From assembly GCA_963663805.2 (NCBI GenBank), contig CAXXMR010000027.1, forward strand, positions 32,001 to 96,000: a stretch of 64,000 bases of DNA. Reading direction: 5' to 3'. The notes beneath the pieces were generated by a model. It saw nothing but the letters and a program-made list of their open reading frames with translations. It ran no database searches and was not told the origin of the DNA. A program made the position numbers and the translations under genes. Shown here in pieces: positions 37,838-48,682 of this stretch; position 1 is the first letter of the stretch, and every line of letters begins with the position of its first letter. The DNA comes from Sedimentisphaerales bacterium (GTDB lineage Bacteria > Planctomycetota > Phycisphaerae > Sedimentisphaerales > SM23-30).

Positions 37838-38424
37838 AGAGCAACGATGTTATCCATGGGAACGTCCTGCATGCTACCCGCCCGAAGGTGATTAGTTAGA
37901 TTTCGGGTAACGGTATCCGTTGCATAATAACTGCACGGTAACCGATCGGGGGACTCACCGGATTATCCGGCAAAGACTGATTATTAGGCGGCCAATATCC
38001 ATTTCAGCTTCACTTTACCCATTATAATAAAACTTAAAGACAAAACAAATAAAAAAGACGACTTTATTCTAGAATAAATATTCATAGCGCCGGATGTCTC
38101 TATCATCCAAGATAATTCAACTACCAGGAATGACACCTGGGGTTGCCAGATGTGCGCGAAATGACAACTTTTTTTCAAGTTTTGCTATAGTTGCTCTCCT
38201 GCTTGTTTGCATATAATCGAGAGGTAATGGTAGAAATTGGGCAGTAGTCTCTCACAAATGAATTACGCAAAATGGCAACAATATTCCCGGAACCGTGTGT
38301 ACATAGTTAAAAATTAGTTGCCGTTTAAAATCCGCATAATCCGCGGTTAAATATTTTTGTTGTCGTTGTTTAGGATTTAGAATTTAGTGCTTGGAATTTC
38401 CAGTTTATCTGACTTAGGATAAAG

Positions 38425-39669
38425 ATGAAAAAATTAGATTTGTTAATCGTAGGTGCCGGCCAGCGGGGGCAGGCTTATGCCCAGTATGCTCTGGAAAATC
38501 CTGACCGGGCGGCTATCCGGGCGGTGGCTGAACCACGCGAGTTTCACCGACAGCAGATGGCGAGGCGGTACGGTATCTTGCCGGACAAACTTTTTGGGGA
38601 CTGGAAAGAACCCGCTTCGCAAAAAAAAATGGCTGATGTGGTGGTCATTGCGACTCAGGATAAAATGCACACTGAACCAGCGCTTGCCTTTGCGAATATG
38701 GGATACGATGTGCTGCTGGAAAAACCGATGGCACCCACCGAGGACGAGTGTCGCAGGATTGTCGATAGTGCCCAGCGAAACGATATTATGTTTGCGGTTG
38801 CTCATGTCCTGCGCTATACCAATTACACCCGCAAGCTGAAAGAGATTGTTGATTCCGGGCGTATCGGTGAGGTGATAAGCATTCAGCATCTTGAACCGGT
38901 GGGCTACTGGCATCAGGCCCATTCTTATGTGCGGGGTAGCTGGCGCAACGAAGCGGAATCAACCTTTATGCTGATGGCTAAATCCTGCCACGACCTGGAC
39001 TGGATACGTTATTTCGCCGGCGCCTCATGTACGAAAATTTCTTCATTTGGCAATCTGAAGCATTTCAAGGTCGAAAACAAGCCCGCCGGTGCCGCGAAAC
39101 GTTGTCTGGATTGTGCGGTTGAATCAGCCTGTCCTTATTCTGCTCAGAAGATTTACCTGGGAATGTATCATGCCGGTCAGCACAATTGGCCGGTCTCTTA
39201 TATTACCACGGATATTTCTGAAGAGGGCATTTTGGCGGCATTGCGTGATGGTCCTTATGGCCGTTGTGTTTATGATTGCGATAATGATGTCGTGGACCAT
39301 CAGGTAGTGAATATGGAATTCGCCAACGGGGTAACAGCGTCTTTTACAATGACGGCCTTTACAAAGATGACGCATCGCCAGACCATGTTTTTTGGTACCT
39401 ATGGCCAGCTTAAAGGGGATGGCGAACGAATAGAAATTTACGATTTCCTTACTGACCAGACTGAAATTATAGAAGTCAACAGTAAAGCCGCGGACCTTAC
39501 CGGAGGCCACGGTGGAGGCGATATGGGCCTGATGCACAGTTTCGTAGATGCCGTATCAAGCCGCGACAAAAGCAAAATCCTCTCCGGCCCGGCAGAGACG
39601 CTGGAGACGCATTTGATGGTCTTCGCCGCCGAAAAATCCCGACGTGAGGGGACGGTAGTTACTCTGTAA
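38425..39669 (+). CDS. Gfo/Idh/MocA oxidoreductase
   Basis: GAGQRG, LLEKP, KSCHDLD, GHGGGD. Confidence 0.92.
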   Translation: MKKLDLLIVGAGQRGQAYAQYALENPDRAAIRAVAEPREFHRQQMARRYGILPDKLFGDWKEPASQKKMADVVVIATQDKMHTEPALAFANMGYDVLLEKPMAPTEDECRRIVDSAQRNDIMFAVAHVLRYTNYTRKLKEIVDSGRIGEVISIQHLEPVGYWHQAHSYVRGSWRNEAESTFMLMAKSCHDLDWIRYFAGASCTKISSFGNLKHFKVENKPAGAAKRCLDCAVESACPYSAQKIYLGMYHAGQHNWPVSYITTDISEEGILAALRDGPYGRCVYDCDNDVVDHQVVNMEFANGVTASFTMTAFTKMTHRQTMFFGTYGQLKGDGERIEIYDFLTDQTEIIEVNSKAADLTGGHGGGDMGLMHSFVDAVSSRDKSKILSGPAETLETHLMVFAAEKSRREGTVVTL

Positions 39670-39686
39670 TTTCGGATATTTAAATC

Positions 39687-40838
39687 ATGATTTCTCGCAA
39701 AGAACGATTACTGAAAACATTGAGGGGGGAGTCTGTAGACCGGGTGCCAGTTTGTTTTTATGAGTTGAACGGACTGGATGAAGATTTTTCCGACACAGAT
39801 ACATTCAATATCTACAATCATCCGTCGTGGCGGCGGCTTATTGAGTTGGCTGCCGATGAGACAGACCGCATTGTGATGAGACAGATGTCTTTTCGGGGGG
39901 CGGAAACCGATTATCTGGCGGATTTGAGAGAGTTGGTCAATCGCGAAATTTATTATGACAAGCAGGGCAGTCGTCACATTGTCACGACGATTAAGGCCGG
40001 GGGACGCCAGTTGAGGAGGCATCAGAGAGTTGACACGGGAGTGCGGACGACCTGGACTCTGGAGCATTTTCTCAAAAACGAAGAGGATACCCGGGCTTTT
40101 CTGGCTCTGCCGGAGAAAGATTTCGCCGGTATTGCAGATGTGAGCAGCATTGAAGCAGCCGAGGCACGGCTGGGTGATTCGGGGATGGTGATGATTGATA
40201 TTCCTGATGCCTTGTGTCTGGCGGCCGAGTTGTTTGATATGAGCACCTTTACAATAATAGCACTTACAGAAAGCAATTTATTTTCAGCTTTGCTGCATCG
40301 TTTCCAGAGATTTCTATTACCGCGGGTACAGGTCTTTGGCCAGGGTTGCCCGGGGCGGTTGTGGAGGATATATGGTCCTGAGTATGCCTGCCGGCCTTAT
40401 CTGCCGCCAGCGTTGTTTGCGGAATACGTGTTGAAATATGACCGGGAGCTAGTAGAAGCGATTCATAGCGGAGGGGGCTGGGCTCGTATTCATGCTCATG
40501 GAATGGTTCGCGATATTCTCGACGGGGTGGTTGAGGCAGGCTTTGACGCTATCGACCCTCTGGAGCCAGCACCTCAGGGAGATGTCCAGCTGAGTTATGT
40601 GCGGCAGCGTTACGGTAAAAATTTGGTACTGTTTGGCAATCTTGAGCTGAGCGATTTAACAAATCTGTCACCGAAAGCTTTTGCTGTCAAGATACGCCGA
40701 GCGTTGGAGGAAGGTACCAGTCGCGAAGGAAGAGGTTTTGTGCTTATGCCTTCAGCTTGCCCTTATGGGCGAGAGATAAGTGATAATGTGTTTGAGAATT
40801 ATCGTCTAATGACGGAAATGGCCCGTGATTTTGGCTAA
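39687..40838 (+). CDS. Uroporphyrinogen-decarboxylase-superfamily protein
   Basis: RKERLL...DRVPV, IHAHG, DPLEP.PQGD, LFGN, GFVLMPS. Confidence 0.8.
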   Translation: MISRKERLLKTLRGESVDRVPVCFYELNGLDEDFSDTDTFNIYNHPSWRRLIELAADETDRIVMRQMSFRGAETDYLADLRELVNREIYYDKQGSRHIVTTIKAGGRQLRRHQRVDTGVRTTWTLEHFLKNEEDTRAFLALPEKDFAGIADVSSIEAAEARLGDSGMVMIDIPDALCLAAELFDMSTFTIIALTESNLFSALLHRFQRFLLPRVQVFGQGCPGRLWRIYGPEYACRPYLPPALFAEYVLKYDRELVEAIHSGGGWARIHAHGMVRDILDGVVEAGFDAIDPLEPAPQGDVQLSYVRQRYGKNLVLFGNLELSDLTNLSPKAFAVKIRRALEEGTSREGRGFVLMPSACPYGREISDNVFENYRLMTEMARDFG

Positions 40839-42016
40839 TCGTTCCGGTTGTCTTTCCGGAACGACATGGGGGAAGTATTGGTGATATTTTTGAAATATCG
40901 GCTGAAGCTGTCCACTCCAGAGAAGTTGAGGTATTGGGCGATTTCGGTGATATTCATATCTGAGTCGAGCAACAGTTCCTGAGCCAGAGAGATTCGGGTA
41001 TTTTGTATTTCGCTGAGGATTGTGCGTCCGAGTTTATCGCTGAATTTTCCCTGGAGGCACCTTCGGGAGGTAGTGACCGCCTCGACGACATCTGAGACCT
41101 GAATAGGTTTGCGACGGTTTTCTCGGATAAACTGCAATGCTTTGACTACCTCGTCATCCTCAATTGCCATGATGTCAGTTGATGTTCTGGTAACAACCTG
41201 GATAGGACTGATGGTTATTACCTGACCGGTCATTTTTTCTCCCTTGATGAGATTGTGCAGGAGCTGGGCAGCTTTGAATCCGGCTTTGTGGGCATTGAGG
41301 TGTATGCTGGAAAGGGGGATTTCGCAAGTATTGCAGAGCAGGTCATCATTATCGACTCCGAGGATAGCGAGGTGTTCAGGAATGTGGATCTGGGCTATTT
41401 TGGCGGCTTCCATAATATTTATGGCTCTGGCGTCGGAACAAGCCAGCAGGGCCGTAGGTTTTTTCAAACTTTTGAGCCAACGAGCGATATTTTCTATTTC
41501 ATATTTGACGCCCTTGCGGCGTAGGTTGTTTCGGGTTGGATGAACATAGGACTGTACCTGAAAATCGGCTTTTTTTACGGCTTGGCGAAAACCATCTTCC
41601 CGCAAATTGGAAAAAAGCTCATTTTTGAAACCACAATAGGCGAAATTTTGGTATCCCCGGTCGAGAAAATGCCGGGCGGCCATCTGTCCTATTCCCGTAT
41701 GGTCAAGTGACAGTCTGGGCAGGTGGCCGGCCAGGTGGAGTTCTGTTTTGGCGACAATGGTAGGGACGCCTTTTGCGGTCAGAAATTCAGTTTTTTTGGG
41801 GTTGCGGGTTATAATACCGTCTGCGTCGATCCTCTCCAGTCTTTTATAGAATTCACGCCTGAGATTGGCGCCAGGGCCATAGGCGGGATTGTGAAAATCA
41901 CGAAAAATGGTCCAGGGGCCGTGGAGGCGGACATATTCTGAAAAACCCCAGATTAAAGAGCGGCAATATGAGCTGGAGTCCTCGATGACCATGATTATCT
42001 TAGGTATCTGCGACAT
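40835..42016 (-). CDS. XylR-type regulator, paralog of 28435
   Basis: KPTALLACSD, ILGVDND, RTSTD, AraC HTH. Confidence 0.92.
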   Translation of the reverse strand: MSQIPKIIMVIEDSSSYCRSLIWGFSEYVRLHGPWTIFRDFHNPAYGPGANLRREFYKRLERIDADGIITRNPKKTEFLTAKGVPTIVAKTELHLAGHLPRLSLDHTGIGQMAARHFLDRGYQNFAYCGFKNELFSNLREDGFRQAVKKADFQVQSYVHPTRNNLRRKGVKYEIENIARWLKSLKKPTALLACSDARAINIMEAAKIAQIHIPEHLAILGVDNDDLLCNTCEIPLSSIHLNAHKAGFKAAQLLHNLIKGEKMTGQVITISPIQVVTRTSTDIMAIEDDEVVKALQFIRENRRKPIQVSDVVEAVTTSRRCLQGKFSDKLGRTILSEIQNTRISLAQELLLDSDMNITEIAQYLNFSGVDSFSRYFKNITNTSPMSFRKDNRND

Positions 42017-42193
42017 AAGCACCTTTCTGATACTGAAAAACTGATTGTAAGCTATAATTGAGAATAAATCAAGTTTTCTTGCGCAAAATGCCAAAGTCTT
42101 AGCACAAAGAGGGATGATATATTTTGTCGATACATGTTAGGATATAATCTGTTGAGTACCAACGTTATAGGGATGTAAAGCAGAGGTGACAAA

Positions 42194-43399
42194 ATGGTAA
42201 AGATTCTTAGAGCCTTACTACCTTTTTTATTCAGTATGAGTTGCCTGGCCGCAGATGAGATTGTGGTCTGTGAGTATGCTCCGATAAAATTCAAACCTGG
42301 CATGTTTGATGTCAGTCAGGGGGATACTCTGGGATTGAAGGAGGCCGATGGTAGTGAGACGATAACGGTTTTTCGACCGGAGCGGGAAACCGATATGCGT
42401 TTCAATAATCATCCGCAGTTGATAGTTTTCAAAGAAAAACTTTACGCAACCTGGGTCGGCCATCCGGTTCACGAGGTAAGTGATAAGGCGTATGTTTTTT
42501 ATAGTTGCAGTGTTGATGGACACAAGTGGACTGAGCCGGTTCGAGTTGGACCGGAATTACGGGCCAGTGGCGGTTGGTTAAGTGATGGTAATCATCTTTC
42601 ATGTTTGCTGATAAAGGCTGACAAGGAACTTAAAGGTGAACATAAGGTTGAGTCGCCAGATACGGAATATTGCCTGAGTCGGGATGGTTTGATCTGGTCA
42701 GAGGCCCAGGTTTTGATAGATAACGCGATGCCCAGCGAAAGCGCCCGCCGAACTTCTACGGGCCGATATATAATGACTTGTCATGGCTTGGGTAAGGGTG
42801 ACTACTCAGATGTACGGGTGACTCGAGTGATGTACACAGATGACCCCGCAGGTCTTACCGGTTGGCAGGAAGGCCAATTGCCGCGTTTGCTTCCTGTGAA
42901 TATCTCCGATAGTAAAAAAGTCGCTCGGGCGGTTGAATCGAGTTGGTATGAAAGGCGTGATGGTTCACTGGTAATGTTGTTTCGCAGTCTGGATTTTAAT
43001 GCCAAAACACGTCCGTGGCGGGTTCTGGCGGCAGAAAGTTTTGATAACGGTACGACCTGGAGCAAGCCGGTCCTGACAGATATGGTTGACTCTGATTCGA
43101 TGCAGTGTGCAGGTTCTTTGCCGGACGGAACAGTATATATGATAAATAATCCAGTTGAAGGACGCCGGCGGGTTCCGCTGGCAATTACGGTCAGTGATGA
43201 CGGAAAATACTTTGACCGCTCGTATCTGGTGCGGGGGACACCACAGGAAAGACGCTACGAGGGTATAAGCAAAACCCTGGGATACAGCTATCCGGGGCGA
43301 GCCGTCTGGAAAGATTATATCTGGATATCATACGCGACCAATAAAGAAGATATCGAAATTACCCGCATTCCTCTGAAGTCTTTGAAGAAAGTGCAGTAG
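42194..43399 (+). CDS. Secreted sialidase-family (BNR) protein
   Basis: Asp boxes SVDGHKW, SRDGLIW, SFDNGTTW, SDDGKYF; RVPL; YSYP. Confidence 0.8.
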   Translation: MVKILRALLPFLFSMSCLAADEIVVCEYAPIKFKPGMFDVSQGDTLGLKEADGSETITVFRPERETDMRFNNHPQLIVFKEKLYATWVGHPVHEVSDKAYVFYSCSVDGHKWTEPVRVGPELRASGGWLSDGNHLSCLLIKADKELKGEHKVESPDTEYCLSRDGLIWSEAQVLIDNAMPSESARRTSTGRYIMTCHGLGKGDYSDVRVTRVMYTDDPAGLTGWQEGQLPRLLPVNISDSKKVARAVESSWYERRDGSLVMLFRSLDFNAKTRPWRVLAAESFDNGTTWSKPVLTDMVDSDSMQCAGSLPDGTVYMINNPVEGRRRVPLAITVSDDGKYFDRSYLVRGTPQERRYEGISKTLGYSYPGRAVWKDYIWISYATNKEDIEITRIPLKSLKKVQ

Positions 43400-43402
43400 C
43401 AG

Positions 43403-45931
43403 ATGAAGTATACTTTAATGGTCGGTATCACGTTTTTGTTATTTTTACCCGGTAGGGCCCACGGCTGGCATGATTGGGATAATGGTGGGCCGGGCCATTA
43501 CTGGAATACGCCGGGCAACTGGCAGGATGATGTGCTGCCTGGTAGCGATGATAATCCCCGTATTGATATGGACGGCTCGATGGGAGCTATAATCAACTCA
43601 AGTATGACTAGCCTGCCGGTTTATGCGACAGTTGCTATAGGTTGTGAAGGCTCCGGCAGGGTATCGATTAGCGGCGGGATTTTGCATTCCGCGAATTTAA
43701 TTATGGGCGGAGATATTGGTTCATCGGCGATATGTGAATTGTTCGCGGGCGTGGTCGCGGTAGATAATGATTTTACTCTGGCTGACAATGGTACCGCATT
43801 TTTTGATATGACCGGCGGGAGTTTGTCCGGCAATAATGTTTACATTGGCAGTGGTGTTGGCTCGGAAGGGACATTCAAAGTCAATTATGATGCCGTGGTT
43901 ACTTTTAGCAATTCTGCCGTTTTAGGTGTCTCTGGCAGCGGCATTTTGGAAATTAGCAATGGCCAGATGGTCATTGGGCAGAGTCTAATCCTGGCCCAGA
44001 ATTCCGGTTCCGTGGGCAGGGTTGAACTCCGAGGCGGAACTTTACGGGCGGCAAATCTGATATGGGGCGACGGTGAGGGCACAATCGATATAAGCGGAGG
44101 GACGTTGATTCTGGATGGTCAAATAAGCGAACTGCCCGATACAGTTATCGCTTACGGGGGCAATGAACAATGGTATTTGGCCTTGGATTACGATTCAGTT
44201 GAGGATGTGACGCGAATCAGTGTTGCAATGGTACCGCCGATTTTCGTCTGGGAGGATATTTTTGACTATAACCAGGGCGATTCTCTGGGGCTTATGCCGG
44301 CATATCAAACGGAAACTGTCACAGTTTTTCAGCCGGTTGCAGATGAAGATATGAAGTTTAACAATCATCCTCAACTGGCGGTTTTTCAAGGGCGGCTTTA
44401 TATTACCTGGACCGGGCATCCTCAAGATGAGCTATCTGATGAATCGTGGGTATTCTACAGTATCAGTTCGGATGGTATTAGTTGGTCTGAACCACAGATA
44501 TTAGGCCCGGATATTCGAGCCAGTAGCGGTTGGCATAGCGACAATGTGCAATTAGTCAATTATATGGCCAGGCTACTCAATACTCAGGCTTATGTATCTC
44601 TGGATGGAAAAAACTGGACTGATTACGGTTTCATATTGAATAATGCCGCACCCAGTGAAAGCGACCGTGCCCTGCCCGAAGGACGTCTGATTATGCCCTG
44701 TCACGGCTACGGCAGTGGTTTATTTGAGGATGTGAAAGTCACCCGTATTATGTATACGGACACTCCGAACGGTCTTAGCGGCTGGCAGGAAGCGATTTTA
44801 CCCCAATTGCCGGAAATAAATATTTCCGATAACAAGAAAGTCGCCCGTGCGGTTGAGCCGAGTTGGTTTATACGTCCGAACGGTGAGTTGGTGATGGTTT
44901 TTCGCGACCTCAATTTTAACGCGGCCTTGCGTAACTGGAAACTGCTGGCCTCTGTAAGTTCAGACCGTGGCCAAAACTGGACGCTCCCGGTCTTAACAAA
45001 TATGCCCGATTCCGACTCGATGCAGTGCGCGGGCAATCTTCCCGACGGCTGGTCTTATCTGGTGAATAATCCTATCGCTACCCGCAGGCGGGTACCTTTG
45101 GCAATTACTATAAGCAGGGACGGCAAAACGTTTGATAGTTCTTATCTGCTGCGCGGTACACCGCCGGCAATCGTGTTTGAAGGGGGTGATAAAACTCTGG
45201 GCTATTCGTATCCCGGAAGCGTTATCTGGGGTGATTACCTTTATATTGCCTATGCGACTAACAAGGAAAATATTGATGTGACGCGCGTGCCCTGGCGGAG
45301 TTTGGTTTCACAATATACGATAATAGAAAACTTTGATGGTTATCCAACTCGCGCCGAACTGACGGAATACTGGCAGGGACAGGGAAATGCTGATTTGCAA
45401 ATAAGCAAATTTCCTGAGCCGGGCCATGCTTTTAATTCTTTGAACCTTGGATATGAAAATAATCTGGCCCCCTATTACAGTTCGGCGTGTAAGATTTTTG
45501 CTGAGCCTCAGAATTTGAGTTCAGATGGAATTCACGCGCTGGATATTTCGTTGAAAGGTGACGCGGCGAACCCGCCGGCAGTAATTTATGTTGAGCTTAG
45601 TGACGGGGATAATGTTGCCCAGTTGGTTTTACGCAATGAATATGGGGCGATAGATTATGACGCGGTACGTGCTGACGATTGGTTTACCTGGCATATTGAC
45701 TTACAAAATTTTTCGAGGGTAAATCTGGAACATGTTGTGACTCTGGCGGTCGGTTGTGGTTATGCCGGTTATAGCGGTGGGGGAAATTTGTATATTGATG
45801 ATGTCAGGCTTTATCCGGGCAGATGCTTTGGCGGTTACCCGGACAATGACCTTAACGGTGATTGTATTGTTGATATGGAAGATTTTATGCTTTTTGTGGC
45901 AAATTGGGCAAAAACCGGGTTTTTCCCCTAA
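43403..45931 (+). CDS. Multidomain: beta-helix, sialidase-family domain, CBM-like domain, dockerin-like tail
   Basis: Central domain paralogous to 42194; DLNGDCIVDMEDF...W. Confidence 0.8.
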   Translation: MKYTLMVGITFLLFLPGRAHGWHDWDNGGPGHYWNTPGNWQDDVLPGSDDNPRIDMDGSMGAIINSSMTSLPVYATVAIGCEGSGRVSISGGILHSANLIMGGDIGSSAICELFAGVVAVDNDFTLADNGTAFFDMTGGSLSGNNVYIGSGVGSEGTFKVNYDAVVTFSNSAVLGVSGSGILEISNGQMVIGQSLILAQNSGSVGRVELRGGTLRAANLIWGDGEGTIDISGGTLILDGQISELPDTVIAYGGNEQWYLALDYDSVEDVTRISVAMVPPIFVWEDIFDYNQGDSLGLMPAYQTETVTVFQPVADEDMKFNNHPQLAVFQGRLYITWTGHPQDELSDESWVFYSISSDGISWSEPQILGPDIRASSGWHSDNVQLVNYMARLLNTQAYVSLDGKNWTDYGFILNNAAPSESDRALPEGRLIMPCHGYGSGLFEDVKVTRIMYTDTPNGLSGWQEAILPQLPEINISDNKKVARAVEPSWFIRPNGELVMVFRDLNFNAALRNWKLLASVSSDRGQNWTLPVLTNMPDSDSMQCAGNLPDGWSYLVNNPIATRRRVPLAITISRDGKTFDSSYLLRGTPPAIVFEGGDKTLGYSYPGSVIWGDYLYIAYATNKENIDVTRVPWRSLVSQYTIIENFDGYPTRAELTEYWQGQGNADLQISKFPEPGHAFNSLNLGYENNLAPYYSSACKIFAEPQNLSSDGIHALDISLKGDAANPPAVIYVELSDGDNVAQLVLRNEYGAIDYDAVRADDWFTWHIDLQNFSRVNLEHVVTLAVGCGYAGYSGGGNLYIDDVRLYPGRCFGGYPDNDLNGDCIVDMEDFMLFVANWAKTGFFP

Positions 45932-46071
45932 AAAAGTACTGTCGGCTTGCATGAAAACACAAACTATTTGCGCATATTGGCATAGTGTCTCGGTCGATAA
46001 ATGGTAATAATAAGCGTAGTTGAGTCTGGTGTTGGTAAAGAATCTGGAGCAAAAAAGATCAGGAGGTTTTA

Positions 46072-47754
46072 ATGATGAAAAACAAAATCGCGTATGTATC
46101 ACTTTTAGTTATGTTTGTAGCCTTGGTTTCGGTATCGCCAGCAGCAGTAACGGCACCGACCGGAGGCGGAAAACTTGCTTTGGGATTTGACGGAACTGAT
46201 GTGGTTCTGGGCAGCGGGACAAAAGTTACGACCTGGACCGATCAGGTTTCAGATTATGACGCCGCGGCGGTGTTGTTCGCCCAGCAGCCCACGCTGGTGG
46301 ATTTAGATACCGGCAACGGTGTACACCCGGTGGTGGATTTTGATGGGTCAATGAATTACATGGAAACTGCGGCTTTCAGCTCGGTTTTCAATCAAGCCAA
46401 CGTGATTTTTATGGTGGCAGCCTGGGATGTCCTGCCGGTCAGTCTTTATATGTTCGACAGTATCGACGGCGCTAACCGTAACGCATTATACAGTCGTTCG
46501 GACAGTTCTTTCGGCATGTTCGCAGGCTCACAGATTATCAACGGTAATGTTCAGGCGGTGACCAATACTTTCCAGGTTTATACAGCAGTCTTCAATGGGG
46601 CCAACAGTCTGTTGCGTATCGACGGTGCCTCTGTTCTGGGCGGTAATACGGGAACCCTGGGGCTTTCTGGTCTGACAATCGGTGCTGACCGTAACGGTAA
46701 TCAGGTATTCAATGGCAAAATCGCGGAGGTTCTGGTTTATGACGGAGGCTTGAATACCGAACAGATTTTAGCTATTGAAACATATCTTAGAGAAAAATAT
46801 ATCGTCACTCCCGACCCCGATATCGCCACCAACCCCAATCCGGCTAATTCCGAATCTGGTATCCCTCTGGATGTTGTATTGAGCTGGACTGCTAGTCCTT
46901 CCGCTCAGCCGGTTGACGGTCAGGATGTATATTTTGGCGAAGTCAAACAGGATGTTATTGATGCTGACCGTGCCAATCCTTTAGGGGTGTATCAGGGTGC
47001 CCAGGACGGCAATACATTTGACCCGACCGGCCCGTTGGAACTGGGTAAGACTTATTACTGGCGGGTGGACCAGGTAAATGGCACGACAATCTGGGCCGGC
47101 GAAGTCTGGGGCTTTACGGTTGCTTCTTATGTTCTGGTCGATAATTTTGAGGATTATGCTGATACCACAGCTCTATTGGGTGAATGGTCGGAAAACGGCC
47201 AGGCGTGGCTGGCTTTGGCAACCGATTCGGCGCTAGTGCTAGGCGAAAAATCTATGGAACTGCACTACGGCAATTCGAGCAGTCCCTATTATTCCGCGGC
47301 GACTCGAAATTTCGACCCGGCTCAGGACTGGACTATCTCCGAAGTTGAGGCGATGGATGTCTGGTTCAAAGGGCAAAACGCTAATTCCGCCGCTCCCGTT
47401 TATGTGGAAATTTCTGACGGAGTAAATACGGCCCGTCAATATCTGCTGGGGGATGATGAAATGACAGACCCAAATGCCACAAGAGATGAAGCCTGGTACC
47501 ACTGGCGAATCGATCTTGATAGGTTTACAAATGTGAGTTTGACAGCGGTTACCGAATTAACTTTCGGAGTTGGTGACGGAATTAACCCCGCTCAGGCCAC
47601 TACGGGTGACATTTATATCGAAGATTTCCGGCTTTATCCTACCCGTTGTCTGATGGGTAATCCAGACTATGATTTCAATGGCGACTGCACTGTCGGTCTG
47701 GAAGATTTCGCTATCTTTGCGACGGGATGGCTCGAAACCGGTTTGTGGCCTTAA
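46072..47754 (+). CDS. LamG-like + YYWRVD + CBM-like + dockerin-like secreted protein
   Basis: FNGKIAEVLVYD; DFNGDCTVGLEDF...W. Confidence 0.75.
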   Translation: MMKNKIAYVSLLVMFVALVSVSPAAVTAPTGGGKLALGFDGTDVVLGSGTKVTTWTDQVSDYDAAAVLFAQQPTLVDLDTGNGVHPVVDFDGSMNYMETAAFSSVFNQANVIFMVAAWDVLPVSLYMFDSIDGANRNALYSRSDSSFGMFAGSQIINGNVQAVTNTFQVYTAVFNGANSLLRIDGASVLGGNTGTLGLSGLTIGADRNGNQVFNGKIAEVLVYDGGLNTEQILAIETYLREKYIVTPDPDIATNPNPANSESGIPLDVVLSWTASPSAQPVDGQDVYFGEVKQDVIDADRANPLGVYQGAQDGNTFDPTGPLELGKTYYWRVDQVNGTTIWAGEVWGFTVASYVLVDNFEDYADTTALLGEWSENGQAWLALATDSALVLGEKSMELHYGNSSSPYYSAATRNFDPAQDWTISEVEAMDVWFKGQNANSAAPVYVEISDGVNTARQYLLGDDEMTDPNATRDEAWYHWRIDLDRFTNVSLTAVTELTFGVGDGINPAQATTGDIYIEDFRLYPTRCLMGNPDYDFNGDCTVGLEDFAIFATGWLETGLWP

Positions 47755-47808
47755 AATAAATTGTGTGTAGTAAATGGTGTTCTTTTTGATTCTGTTAAGG
47801 AGGAAAGT

Positions 47809-48612
47809 ATGTGTAAGTTAAGAATGACAGTTTTGGTTTTCGCTGGTTCATTAATGTTGATTGTTCCATTAACCGCGGCGATTACCGCACCAGACGCTGG
47901 CGGAAAACTGGTTATCGGTTATGACGGCACCGATGTAACCGTCAGTGCCGGGACGACACTGGTGGAATCGTGGAATGACCAGGTCGCTTTACGCAGTGTT
48001 GATAACGCGGTATCAGCCGGAGACCGTCGACCGGAGCTTGTCCAGATGGATACCGGTAATGGGCTGCATAATGTTATTGATTTCTCCGGTACCAATTACC
48101 TCAAAACCGCTGATTTTGCCGAAGGCGATATGGCTCAGACCAACACCATCTTTGTAGTCGCTCAGTGGGATTCACTCAGCTCGGATTATTTGTTTGACGG
48201 TATCAGTTCTTCGGAACGTCATGCCCTCTATACTCGTTCGGATAATTCCTACGGTATGTTCGCTGGTGCTCAAATCATTAACGGTAATGTGCCAGCAGTG
48301 ACGGGGCAATTCCAGGTTTTTGCCGCCAGCTTTAACGGCAGCAGCGGATGGTTTCGCGTTGATGGAACCACAATTTTAAGCGGAAATATTGGTAGTCATG
48401 TGCTGGGGGGACTGTCAATTGGCTCAAATTATGGAGCCAGCGGAATGATGGACGGAAAAGTCGCAGAAGTGCTCGTTTATGACGGCGGACTAAATACTGC
48501 TCAATTGCTCAGTGTTGAAGAATATCTTGCTAATAAATATCTGGTGCCCGAACCGACAACCATGATTCTTTTGGCTATAGGCGGCCTGGGTATTTTAAGA
48601 CGTAAAAGATAG
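47809..48612 (+). CDS. LamG-like PEP-CTERM protein
   Basis: Domain paralogous to the 46072 N-terminus; VPEP-TM-RRKR; AAGGAGG RBS. Confidence 0.88.
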   Translation: MCKLRMTVLVFAGSLMLIVPLTAAITAPDAGGKLVIGYDGTDVTVSAGTTLVESWNDQVALRSVDNAVSAGDRRPELVQMDTGNGLHNVIDFSGTNYLKTADFAEGDMAQTNTIFVVAQWDSLSSDYLFDGISSSERHALYTRSDNSYGMFAGAQIINGNVPAVTGQFQVFAASFNGSSGWFRVDGTTILSGNIGSHVLGGLSIGSNYGASGMMDGKVAEVLVYDGGLNTAQLLSVEEYLANKYLVPEPTTMILLAIGGLGILRRKR

Positions 48613-48620
48613 TAATTACT

Positions 48621-48658
48621 GCGCCTTCGGGGTTTTGATGGTAAAGCCCCGAAGGTGC
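48621..48658. repeat. Strong intergenic hairpin without a U-tract
   Basis: GCGCCTTCGGGGTTTT...AAAGCCCCGAAGGTGC. Confidence 0.7.
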
Positions 48659-48682
48659 TAATAATGAATTAGGAATAAACTT

